NCBI GenBank assembly: GCA_012514145.1
Contig: JAAZAV010000003.1
Location: forward strand, 13,516 to 77,515
Source: Clostridiales bacterium
GTDB taxonomy: Bacteria > Bacillota > Clostridia > Oscillospirales > CAG-272
DNA: 64,000 nt
Direction: 5' to 3'
Both the position numbers and the translations under genes were made by a program. Numbering within the stretch: position 1 is the first letter of the stretch; the number at the start of each line of letters is the position of its first letter. The notes under the pieces are model-generated. The model saw nothing but the letters and a program-made list of their open reading frames with translations. It searched no databases and had not been told where the DNA came from. Below are positions 19,050 through 27,446 of this stretch, one piece after another.

Positions 19050-19865
19050 ATGTATACAAAACAGGATATTCACAGACAGCTCAGCGAGATGGGAGTTCCC
19101 AGGGATTCGATAATACTGATGCACACCTCCCTGCGCGCCGTGGGCGAGGTGGAGGGCAGGGGCTGCGGACTGCTTGACATCATGATCGAATACGTCACCG
19201 CCGAGGGAGGGCTCCTCTGTATACCCACCCACACCTGGAAGAATCTCGAGGACCTCGGCAAGCCCACTCTCGACCGGAACTCCGACTATACCTGTATCGG
19301 CACACTGCCCACGCTGGCGGTGCGGCATACGGCATATATAAACGGCAAAGAATATAAACCCCACCGCTCCCGGCATCCCACCCACTCTATGGTGGTGTAC
19401 GGCGACGAGGAAAAGGCGAAGAAATATATCGCAAGCGAAGAACTGTCCGAATCATCCACGGCGCCCGGCGGCTGCTACGGCAAACTGCCGGCTATGGGGG
19501 GCTATATACTGCTTGTGGGCGTGGATCACGGCAGCAACACCTACCTCCACTCGGCGGAGGAGATACTCGGCATCCCCGACCGGCTCACCGATCATCTCCG
19601 CCCCACCACCATACTGAACGAAGACGGAACGCTCGTCAGCCGTCCCATTCACTCCCACAAAGGGGCGGTTTCCCGCTGGTATCCCAAGTACGAGCCGGCT
19701 TTCCGTCACCACGGCTGTATCCGTGACGGCTATGTGGGGGCGGCTAAGACCCAGCTCTGCAGCGCAGCCGGAATGTTAGAGGTAATGAGGCTGATACGCG
19801 ACCGCTCGAAGGGCGCCGAACTGCTCGGGCACGACGACCCGATCGATCCGGCGTTTTACGAATAG
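19050..19865 (+). CDS. Aminoglycoside N3-acetyltransferase (AAC(3)) family protein
   Basis: ILMHTSLRAVGEVEG, IPTHTW and NTYLHSAEE blocks match the AAC(3) family. SD AAGGAGA is 8 nt upstream of the ATG at 19050. Confidence 0.75.
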   Translation: MYTKQDIHRQLSEMGVPRDSIILMHTSLRAVGEVEGRGCGLLDIMIEYVTAEGGLLCIPTHTWKNLEDLGKPTLDRNSDYTCIGTLPTLAVRHTAYINGKEYKPHRSRHPTHSMVVYGDEEKAKKYIASEELSESSTAPGGCYGKLPAMGGYILLVGVDHGSNTYLHSAEEILGIPDRLTDHLRPTTILNEDGTLVSRPIHSHKGAVSRWYPKYEPAFRHHGCIRDGYVGAAKTQLCSAAGMLEVMRLIRDRSKGAELLGHDDPIDPAFYE

Positions 19866-19931
19866 ATACGAACAGAGTTTGACGAACAGGTAAATATAGC
19901 GCTTTACTGATGAATACAGCAGGAGGACTTT

Positions 19932-21686
19932 ATGTGGTACCTTGAAAAGATGAAGGAGCTGCTCTCCCCGCAGGATGAACAGCTTTTGAAGGAAATTTAC
20001 GCGCCGCAGATTGTGGCTGTACAGCCCGAGGACAGCCGCCGCTCGATCTGCGTCATGCCGGACGGAGAACTGCGGGTCTACGGCCACGAGAATCAGACTC
20101 AGCCTTACAGGCACAGCTCGGGTCGGCCGGTTTATATATCCTCCCGGGACTGCGGGCTCAGCTGGAAGAAGCATCTCATCGAGGGCGGCGGAGTTCTGGG
20201 CGCCGCGGTGCGCAATCCCCGCACCGGCGGATATCTGACCATAAAGACCCACGACTACAACCGGGGCGAGAAGGGAACCTGGGCGTTTCTCTCGGACATC
20301 GGATCCGACGACAGGGAGCCGAAGGCGGTGAAGGTCTCCGACCTGCCCTATCAGGACGTGTTCCAGCCCAAGCCCATGAAGCGGCCGGGCAGCTGGATGG
20401 TCTCCATGTCCCGCCCGGACAACGGCTGGAACATACCCGCCTTTGCCCGCAGCGACGACGACGGACTGACCTGGCGGGTGACCGAGTTGAAGTCCACCCC
20501 AAAGCACGAGCCGGTTTGGCCCCATGTTGACGTGCGCTGGCAGAATACCGGCGCCGAGCCGATAGTTACCGAACTTGAGGACGGCACTCTCGTGATGCTC
20601 GCCCGCAACTCCACCGACTTTTTCTATATATACCGCTCACATGACGGCGGCGAAAGCTGGACTGACGGGGAACCTTCCCGCTTCCGGGGAACTCTCACCA
20701 CCCCCTATTTCCTCGAGCTGAGCGACGGCAGAACGATTCTGTTCTGGAACAATACCCAGCCGCTGCCCGAGACCAGACATACAAACGTCTGGCCGCCTCT
20801 CGACAGCGGCACTGTTGCGGGCTTAGGCGAGGACGTCTTTACCAACCGGGATGCCGCCCACGCCGCCATAACCTCCGACTTCAAAAACTGGCAGGGCTTC
20901 CGGGAAATCGCGCTGAACGGCATACGGAACGAACCCGACTTCAGGGTGCGGGGCGGCTGGCAGTCCTCCGCCGACAAGAGCGTGCATCAGTTCCAGGCGC
21001 TGGAACTGCCCTTCGGCAAGGTGCTTGTGGCGTACGGTCAGAATGTTTCGGCGCGGCGCATGGCTATATTCGATATCGGCTGGCTGTATGAAAGCTCCCG
21101 CACCGAAGACTGGCAGCAGGGACTTATCAACCTGAGCACGCATATGTTCGTCAAGAGCATATACGGCAGCCACCTGGGCACCGGCTACGGCGGTCACTGC
21201 GCCGCCAACCGCACCGACGGGGCGCTGCTCATACCCGATCCCGACGCCACCTTCGGCGAGGTGCTGCAGATCTGCCGCATAACCGACCCGCGGCTGCTCT
21301 GCGAGAAGCAGGGCGCGGCGTGGAACTTCCCCGCCGCTCACAAGGGCAGCCTCAGGCTGCGCGTGAGGATCGAGGGCGCCGGACTGCATGTCTCGCTTCT
21401 CGACCGCTGGATGAACCCCACCGACATCACCGCCCGGCTGCTCTCGCCCATGACCTTTGACCTCACCTCCGACACCCTCTCAACCGGCGTATGGCACGAT
21501 GTGGAGATAATCTGGGACACCGGCGGCATGACACGGGTGTTATCCGACGGAGAGCCGCTATTCGGCGTCAGATGCTCATACCGGCCGGAGAACGGAATAT
21601 CCTACCTGCATCTCCAGACAATGGCGGAAGGGTACGACCCGAAGGGCACCCTAGTGGGGCGCATGGAGATGAAGGCAATCGGTTAA
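19932..21686 (+). CDS. BNR/Asp-box repeat protein, sialidase (GH33)-like beta-propeller with a C-terminal beta-sandwich-like domain; no signal peptide
   Basis: Three Asp-boxes: SRDCGLSW, RSDDDGLTW, RSHDGGESW. SD AGGAGG upstream. Confidence 0.65.
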   Translation: MWYLEKMKELLSPQDEQLLKEIYAPQIVAVQPEDSRRSICVMPDGELRVYGHENQTQPYRHSSGRPVYISSRDCGLSWKKHLIEGGGVLGAAVRNPRTGGYLTIKTHDYNRGEKGTWAFLSDIGSDDREPKAVKVSDLPYQDVFQPKPMKRPGSWMVSMSRPDNGWNIPAFARSDDDGLTWRVTELKSTPKHEPVWPHVDVRWQNTGAEPIVTELEDGTLVMLARNSTDFFYIYRSHDGGESWTDGEPSRFRGTLTTPYFLELSDGRTILFWNNTQPLPETRHTNVWPPLDSGTVAGLGEDVFTNRDAAHAAITSDFKNWQGFREIALNGIRNEPDFRVRGGWQSSADKSVHQFQALELPFGKVLVAYGQNVSARRMAIFDIGWLYESSRTEDWQQGLINLSTHMFVKSIYGSHLGTGYGGHCAANRTDGALLIPDPDATFGEVLQICRITDPRLLCEKQGAAWNFPAAHKGSLRLRVRIEGAGLHVSLLDRWMNPTDITARLLSPMTFDLTSDTLSTGVWHDVEIIWDTGGMTRVLSDGEPLFGVRCSYRPENGISYLHLQTMAEGYDPKGTLVGRMEMKAIG

Positions 21687-21733
21687 ATATACATCAAATC
21701 CATGTTAAAAATCAATCAATTTCCTGCTTATCA

Positions 21734-21762
21734 TTGACAAATTGCCCTTTTCGGCGTACAAT
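21734..21762 (+). promoter_or_regulatory. Sigma-A promoter TTGACA-17-TACAAT
   Basis: -35 at 21734-21739, -10 at 21757-21762, 60 nt upstream of the 21822 start. Confidence 0.65.
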
Positions 21763-21821
21763 GGGGCTGTATAGAAATATCATCTCACTATACTTATCAT
21801 TGCATATACCAGGAGGAAAAA

Positions 21822-23255
21822 ATGCACAAACGTATCGCTTCAATTCTGCTTGCCCTGCTTATGGCGCTGACCGCCCTCACCGCCTGCGGAGGCGGCTCGG
21901 GCAGCGGCTCTGATGTGACCGCCGCCGGTTCGGATGTCGCCGAGACGGTGACCGAGCCTGTTGTGACCGCCGACCCCACCAGAATCCCCCCGGATTTCAA
22001 GGTCAACTTCGACGGACAGGTCTATAAGATTTTCAACGGCTACTCCAAGGAGACCAAATACATCAGCCGCGATATCTATCCCGAGGAGATAACCGGCGAG
22101 TCGCTCAACGACTCCATGATCGAGCGCTGCACCGCCACCGAGGAGAAGCTGGGCTGCGTCATAGAGGTCACCGACGGCGATCTGGGCCGCATAAAGAGCA
22201 ATGTGGCGGCGGGCGACGACTTCGCCCATGTCACCTATGTGGACCTGAGCAACATAATGAACATGGTGGTGTCGGGCTACTGCCTCGACTTCTACGACAT
22301 GCCCAACATAGAGTTAAGCAAGGTATGGTGGGACCGCAACGCCGAGGCGAAGCTCTCCTTCCAGGGGCAGCTCTATTACACCTTCAATGACTCTATCTTC
22401 ACCCACATGGACAACTGCCGCGCCGTCTACTTCAACAAGCAGCTTGTCAATGACTTGGGGCTTGGCAACCTCTATGAGAAGGTGGAGGACGGCACCTGGA
22501 CCATGGCCGAGATGTTCCGCTGCGGCGTCGCCGCCGTAGCCGACCTTGACGGCAACGGCGTCTGGAACAACCAGGATCGCTACGGCACCCTTATGTGGGG
22601 CGTGACCGGTATCGGCGAGATGCTGCTCACCGGCTGCGACAGCGAGATCATGCTCCAGGGCGACGACGGCAACCCCTACTTCTACTGCTTCACCGAGCGC
22701 TTCGCCGAGATATATGAAAAGGTGCTGGACTTCATTAAGAAGGATCACAACTACTTCACCAGCGATGTCAACGCCTTCATGAACGGCAAATCCCTCTTCT
22801 TCGGGGCGGCGCTGAACAGCACCGGACCCATGAGAGCCATGGAGACCGACTTCGGCATTCTCCCCGCTCCCAAATATACCGAGGATCAGGAGAAATACTG
22901 GAACGTCTCCCCCAACGCCCACGCGATGATGCTCCCCGTCACCATCACCGACACCGAGTTCGCCGGCACGGTCATGGAAGAGCTGGCATACCAGTCAAGC
23001 ATCTCCCTTCTGCCCGCCTACTTCGACATAATGCTCAAGGGCAAATCCGCCCGCGACGAGGAGTCGGAGGCCATGCTCGACCTTATCCACGACAGCATTT
23101 CATATATCATCAAGATAATCGGCGTCAAATTCTCCGACAGCATCTACAGCGAAATGTCAAAGGGCAACTATGCCATATCCTCCTTCCTCGCCTCCAAGCA
23201 GGAGAGCGTGGAGCTGGAGCTTCAGAACGTGCTCGATCAGTTTGCCGGTGGCTGA
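21822..23255 (+). CDS. Extracellular solute-binding lipoprotein (paralogue of 13962-15443)
   Basis: Lipobox LTAC, G/S linker, shared internal blocks with the other SBP. Confidence 0.75.
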   Translation: MHKRIASILLALLMALTALTACGGGSGSGSDVTAAGSDVAETVTEPVVTADPTRIPPDFKVNFDGQVYKIFNGYSKETKYISRDIYPEEITGESLNDSMIERCTATEEKLGCVIEVTDGDLGRIKSNVAAGDDFAHVTYVDLSNIMNMVVSGYCLDFYDMPNIELSKVWWDRNAEAKLSFQGQLYYTFNDSIFTHMDNCRAVYFNKQLVNDLGLGNLYEKVEDGTWTMAEMFRCGVAAVADLDGNGVWNNQDRYGTLMWGVTGIGEMLLTGCDSEIMLQGDDGNPYFYCFTERFAEIYEKVLDFIKKDHNYFTSDVNAFMNGKSLFFGAALNSTGPMRAMETDFGILPAPKYTEDQEKYWNVSPNAHAMMLPVTITDTEFAGTVMEELAYQSSISLLPAYFDIMLKGKSARDEESEAMLDLIHDSISYIIKIIGVKFSDSIYSEMSKGNYAISSFLASKQESVELELQNVLDQFAGG

Positions 23256-23369
23256 ACAGCCGAAAGCAGAGCTGAACGGGAGGCTAAGCGGCAAAACGCT
23301 TTGAAAGAGGCAAAGGAAGCGTCAGCCCGCTTCGCCGAACAGCTTGCGGAGGTAAAGGAGAAAGGAAAA

Positions 23370-24140
23370 ATGAAGGAATACATACTTGAAGCCCATAGGG
23401 GCGCGGCATTCGACTGCCCCGAGTCCACCATGGCGGCGTTCAGAGCCGCACATGAGCGGGGCTACGGCATGATAGAGCTTGACACCAAGTTCACCGCCGA
23501 CAATGTCTGCGTCATACTCCACGACAACACGATAAACCGCACCGCCCGAAACAGCGACGGCAGCGCTCTGGCGAATGACATCCGCATATCCTCGCTGACC
23601 TTTGAGGAGGCTCGCAAATACGACTACGGCATCTGGATGGGCGAGAAGTTCAAGGGCGAAAAACTCGTCACCCTTGAAGAAATCCTGACATTCGCCAAGG
23701 AGAAGGAAATACCGCTGAAATTCGACAATGTGGTTCAGTCCCACAACGCCGACCAGCGCAAGATTTTCTTCGACACCATCGAAGCGGCGGACATGCCCGA
23801 CGGGCTTGTGGGCTTCACGGCGAACTCTTTCACCTACATTGAGGAGGTGCTCGGGCGCTTCCCGGACGCCTATATCCACTATGACGGACCGGTAAATGCC
23901 GACACGCTTGAACGGCTCGGCAAGCTTGTGGACAAAGAGCATCTCACCGTCTGGCTGCGCTATGACAACGCCAACACCGCCTGGAACAAGAACAAGCCGG
24001 TGGACGCCGAAAGCTCCGCCATGGTGAAGAAATACGGAAAATTAGGCGTCTGGCTGCTGACGAAGGACGAGGAACTGGTGAAGGCGGTAAACGAATTTAA
24101 CGCCGATGTCGTCGAAACCGACGGATCGCTCAGACCTTAA
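23370..24140 (+). CDS. Glycerophosphodiester phosphodiesterase (GDPD) family protein
   Basis: EAHRGAAFDCPESTMAAF..A...GYGMIELDTKFTADNVCVILHD. SD AAAGGAGAAAGGA lies upstream of the ATG at 23370 (the longest ORF starts at TTG 23301). Confidence 0.8.
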   Translation: MKEYILEAHRGAAFDCPESTMAAFRAAHERGYGMIELDTKFTADNVCVILHDNTINRTARNSDGSALANDIRISSLTFEEARKYDYGIWMGEKFKGEKLVTLEEILTFAKEKEIPLKFDNVVQSHNADQRKIFFDTIEAADMPDGLVGFTANSFTYIEEVLGRFPDAYIHYDGPVNADTLERLGKLVDKEHLTVWLRYDNANTAWNKNKPVDAESSAMVKKYGKLGVWLLTKDEELVKAVNEFNADVVETDGSLRP

Positions 24141-24157
24141 TACAACCGAACATGGAA

Positions 24158-24199
24158 CAGGGAGACCGCACGATTTTTCGGTCTCCCTGATTTCTTTTT
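24158..24199 (+). terminator. Rho-independent terminator
   Basis: cagggagaccg-(10 nt loop)-cggtctccctg followed by atttcttttt. Confidence 0.8.
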
Positions 24200-24232
24200 G
24201 TCTTCAGATCTTAGATCGTTACGGTTCGGCGC

Positions 24233-26419
24233 CTATTTGTCGCTAATCCCGCATTCGTAGAGTCCGGTGATCTCTCCGCCCAGCTTTGCGGCGTAATCGT
24301 GATAGAAGTATATCGGTATCGCCGACCAGGCGTGGCAGAGGCTTCCCGCGTCGCCGAAGGCAAGGGCGCCGTCGATGGTCTCCCAGAAAGTGGTGGCGTT
24401 ATTCGAGAGCATATGCCCCCACTTGCCCGCGATGTCGCCGAAGACATACCGGGCGTATTGCTCGGGCTCCTGCATAAGAGCTTCGTATTTGAATATGCTG
24501 TGGGACAGGGTGACGGGTATGAGCGTCTCGTCTTTAAGAGCCTTCAGCACCCGCCTTTCGCGCCCCTCATGCTCCCCGGCGGCGCCGCAGCAGACGATAA
24601 GCGCGTTGGTAAGTTCGGCGTAGTGGAAGCGCTCAAGTTCTGCGTCTTCAGCCGTCGGCAGCGGCACGCCCGCTCCCCTGATGTAGGAGGCATATGCGCC
24701 CTTATCCGCATCCCAGAAGTACCTGTTTATCGCCTCGTTGAGAGCGAAGTGGGCGTCAACATAGGTCTGTGCCTTCTCGTATTCTCCCAGCGCCGCGCAG
24801 ATGTTGCCCAGGGAATTGAAACCCATTGACACGAAGGCGCAGAGCGGAGCGTCGAAGGTCATTTTCTCCGGCGGCACGCTGCCCGAGATGGAGCCCGACA
24901 GTCCTGTCTGCCATTCGTAGAAGTTCCAGTATTGAGGCTCGGCATAGCAGGTTAAAAGTCCCTGCCTGTTGCCGAGGCGGCGCATAAAGCCCTGTGCTAT
25001 TGTCTCAAGGGCGGGAAAAATCTCCCTCAGGAAATCCACGTCCCCCGAATACTGTAAGTATTCCGCCGCCTGGGTGAGGAATATGGCGGTAAACGAGGGT
25101 ATGGTTATCGCCACCCGGGCGGGTGAGCAGAGTTCCAGCATGTCGTCATCCCGCAGCGACTGCGCCATCAGACGGATCGACGCCTTGGGGAAGTCGTACT
25201 CATCGAAGGCATAGTAGCCGCAGAGCATCTGATTCCGGGAGTCCATGGAGTAGAGCGCCTGCTCGCGCCAGGGGCAGTCCTCGTAATGCTCGTGCATACA
25301 CATGAGCAGCGTGCGGCGGCTCACCTCGTCGATCTTCGTGTGCAGGCTGTCGGCGCAGGAGAAAACCTTCTCGCTTCCCAAGGGATAATCGGTGGTGCGG
25401 ATGCCGGCGTAGAAGATATTCGCCGATTTCGCGTATATATGAAGCTGCATATATCGCATACCGAGGCGGCGGAAGGTGTGGATAAACCTGTTCCGTCCGG
25501 CGCGGGCATGATAAGAGGCGCAGAAGTTCCGGCCGCCCACATAGGCGCGTACCCGCATGTCCTCCAGATGCTCGCCCCAGCCCACAAGTATCTCGCAGTC
25601 ATTTTCGAGTTCGATGTCCAGCGACAGCACGCCGGCGTTCTCCCTGCCGGTGTCTATTAAAGCAAATATGCCCTGACTGTCCTCGGGCGCGGTGAGTTTT
25701 ACTCCCCGCTCCGAAGGCAGGCGGCGGGTGTGGCTTATGCCGCCGTAGGCAAGCGCCGCATACTGCATGCGCTGACCCAGTGTGCCGCCGGATTTCGCCT
25801 CGGTGAAGCCCCCGTTTACCGTGAGCAGCACCGGCTCGTCGTCTCCGACTATGAGTTTCTTAATCGGGCGGGCGCGTACCGGCTTCGCTTTGTCGGTCTG
25901 TATGACCTTTCGGGTGTTCGCTCTCGGATCGATGCGTTCGTCGCAGCGGAAGGAATAGCCGAGCTGTCCCGAAACCTTCTCCACTCCGGCGCCCATGGTG
26001 TAGCGGGTGTCGGCATAGCCGCCCAGAGCGGTCGAACTGGCGGCAAGAATGGCGTGCTCGCCGCTGCCGGTATCCTTTTCCTGGGTCAAAACATAGATAA
26101 GTCCCGCCGTCTCGCCCCTTATAGTGCTGCTGTCGTCGCCCTGATGCCAGCAGCGTATCTCCACCTCGTTCTCCCCCGCCTTCAGCGCGGCGGTGATGTC
26201 AAGCACATCGTAAACCTTGTCGAAGGGGTAGTCGGCAAACTGCCCGAACTCGTTGAGTTCGCCGTTTATGTAAAGGGCGTAGTTGGTGTCAACCGAAATG
26301 TAGAGCGTGCAGCGTCCGGCCGCCGGATCGGCGCTGACGGTATCGATAAATGTTGCGTAGGCGTTTACCTTTTCGATATCTTCAAGCCATATCCATTCGG
26401 CCTTGTCAAAGAGTTTCAT
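24233..26419 (-). CDS. GH78-like alpha-L-rhamnosidase family protein (six-hairpin glycosidase)
   Basis: N-terminal KAEWIW motif, central HEHYEDCPWREQALYSMDSR block typical of the Bac_rhamnosidase catalytic domain. SD GGGAGG upstream. The start overlaps the preceding gene by 14 nt. Confidence 0.7.
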   Translation of the reverse strand: MKLFDKAEWIWLEDIEKVNAYATFIDTVSADPAAGRCTLYISVDTNYALYINGELNEFGQFADYPFDKVYDVLDITAALKAGENEVEIRCWHQGDDSSTIRGETAGLIYVLTQEKDTGSGEHAILAASSTALGGYADTRYTMGAGVEKVSGQLGYSFRCDERIDPRANTRKVIQTDKAKPVRARPIKKLIVGDDEPVLLTVNGGFTEAKSGGTLGQRMQYAALAYGGISHTRRLPSERGVKLTAPEDSQGIFALIDTGRENAGVLSLDIELENDCEILVGWGEHLEDMRVRAYVGGRNFCASYHARAGRNRFIHTFRRLGMRYMQLHIYAKSANIFYAGIRTTDYPLGSEKVFSCADSLHTKIDEVSRRTLLMCMHEHYEDCPWREQALYSMDSRNQMLCGYYAFDEYDFPKASIRLMAQSLRDDDMLELCSPARVAITIPSFTAIFLTQAAEYLQYSGDVDFLREIFPALETIAQGFMRRLGNRQGLLTCYAEPQYWNFYEWQTGLSGSISGSVPPEKMTFDAPLCAFVSMGFNSLGNICAALGEYEKAQTYVDAHFALNEAINRYFWDADKGAYASYIRGAGVPLPTAEDAELERFHYAELTNALIVCCGAAGEHEGRERRVLKALKDETLIPVTLSHSIFKYEALMQEPEQYARYVFGDIAGKWGHMLSNNATTFWETIDGALAFGDAGSLCHAWSAIPIYFYHDYAAKLGGEITGLYECGISDK

Positions 26420-27446
26420 CGGTTTTTCCTCCCGTTTTGTTGTCTTTCATTGCGATGTAAAAGCAGCCGGGGGCGATATCCGGCGATGGGTGATTTTCAT
26501 TCAGCCATGCGCGGATATTGAAGCAGAGGGCGCATTTCGTTGCGTACCCTCCCCCGTCGGGCGTGAAGCCCAGACCGGCGGCGTATTCGTACAGCGCCCC
26601 GATGCCGCCGCCGAGCAGCCGGGCAAATGCCGGATATCTGCCGCGGTCGACCCGAGCCGCTAAGAACTCATCCAGCGGAAGCGCCAGTCCCGGGCAGCCC
26701 GAGGGCACCACATTGCCGTAAAGGTCGATGTGGCAGTGCCGGGGGCTGAGCAGATTGCAGGTCTCCCCGTCTTTTATGAACGCCTGAGCCGTCCGCTTCG
26801 GGTATATTCCCCCGGCTATTTCCAGCGCCCTGCCGTTCATGCCGATGCCGTATTCCCGGGCGGTGGCGGCCACATAGTCGTCCCCCAGGATTTCGCATAA
26901 TTCCTCATGGCTGTACGTACGGCCGTGATCGAGTTTGTAAAGCCGCCGCAGATAGCGCTCCTGCCAGATGAAGTAGTCCAGCCCTTCTTCCCGCAGCAGC
27001 TTACAGAGAAGCAGCACCCTCCCCAGCGGCACGAACTCGATGTGGAAAGGGTCCACCGAGGGCATGACGGTAGTCACGCCCAGTTTTCGGAGCCGTCTCA
27101 GCCGTCTGCGGACAAAGCTCTCCTTAACTGCCCAGAAGGCGTTGGTCTCGATGTAGTCGATGCCGATTCCCCGCTTCCCCAGCGCCTCAATCAGCCCGCA
27201 GAGAGCGGCGAAGTTGATAAACGGCTCTCCGCCGCCGATATGCACCGAATCCACCCCCGCGGCCGACAGCTTTTCGGCAAGCTCGCCGGCTTTCTCCCGG
27301 GTGATGAAGTCGCGCATTCCCCCGACGCCGCGAAGACTTTTGCTGTATCGGTAGGAAGAAAACATACAGTGCCGGCAGGCGGCGGTACATATATAGTTTG
27401 TTATAATCCCCGAATACATCGGGGTGTTTGCCCGACCTCTTATCAC
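26406..27446 (-). CDS. Radical SAM protein (non-PflA type), with C-terminal Cys-rich region
   Basis: CTAACRHC = CxxxCxxC at residues 20-27 (DNA 27366-27389), GGGEP SAM-binding motif, extra cysteines CNLLSPRHCHIDLYGNVVPSGC and CALC. The GTG start overlaps the upstream stop (GTGA). Confidence 0.8.
   Translation of the reverse strand: MIRGRANTPMYSGIITNYICTAACRHCMFSSYRYSKSLRGVGGMRDFITREKAGELAEKLSAAGVDSVHIGGGEPFINFAALCGLIEALGKRGIGIDYIETNAFWAVKESFVRRRLRRLRKLGVTTVMPSVDPFHIEFVPLGRVLLLCKLLREEGLDYFIWQERYLRRLYKLDHGRTYSHEELCEILGDDYVAATAREYGIGMNGRALEIAGGIYPKRTAQAFIKDGETCNLLSPRHCHIDLYGNVVPSGCPGLALPLDEFLAARVDRGRYPAFARLLGGGIGALYEYAAGLGFTPDGGGYATKCALCFNIRAWLNENHPSPDIAPGCFYIAMKDNKTGGKTDETL

Noticed and set aside
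19050-19865. AAC(3) gene as a horizontally acquired resistance cassette.
   Set aside because: There are no integron, IS or plasmid signatures. Composition and codon usage look native.
26406-27446. The radical SAM protein as a RiPP or SPASM peptide maturase.
   Set aside because: No small precursor-peptide ORF, protease or exporter is adjacent, and it is embedded in and overlaps enzymatic genes of the GRE operon.
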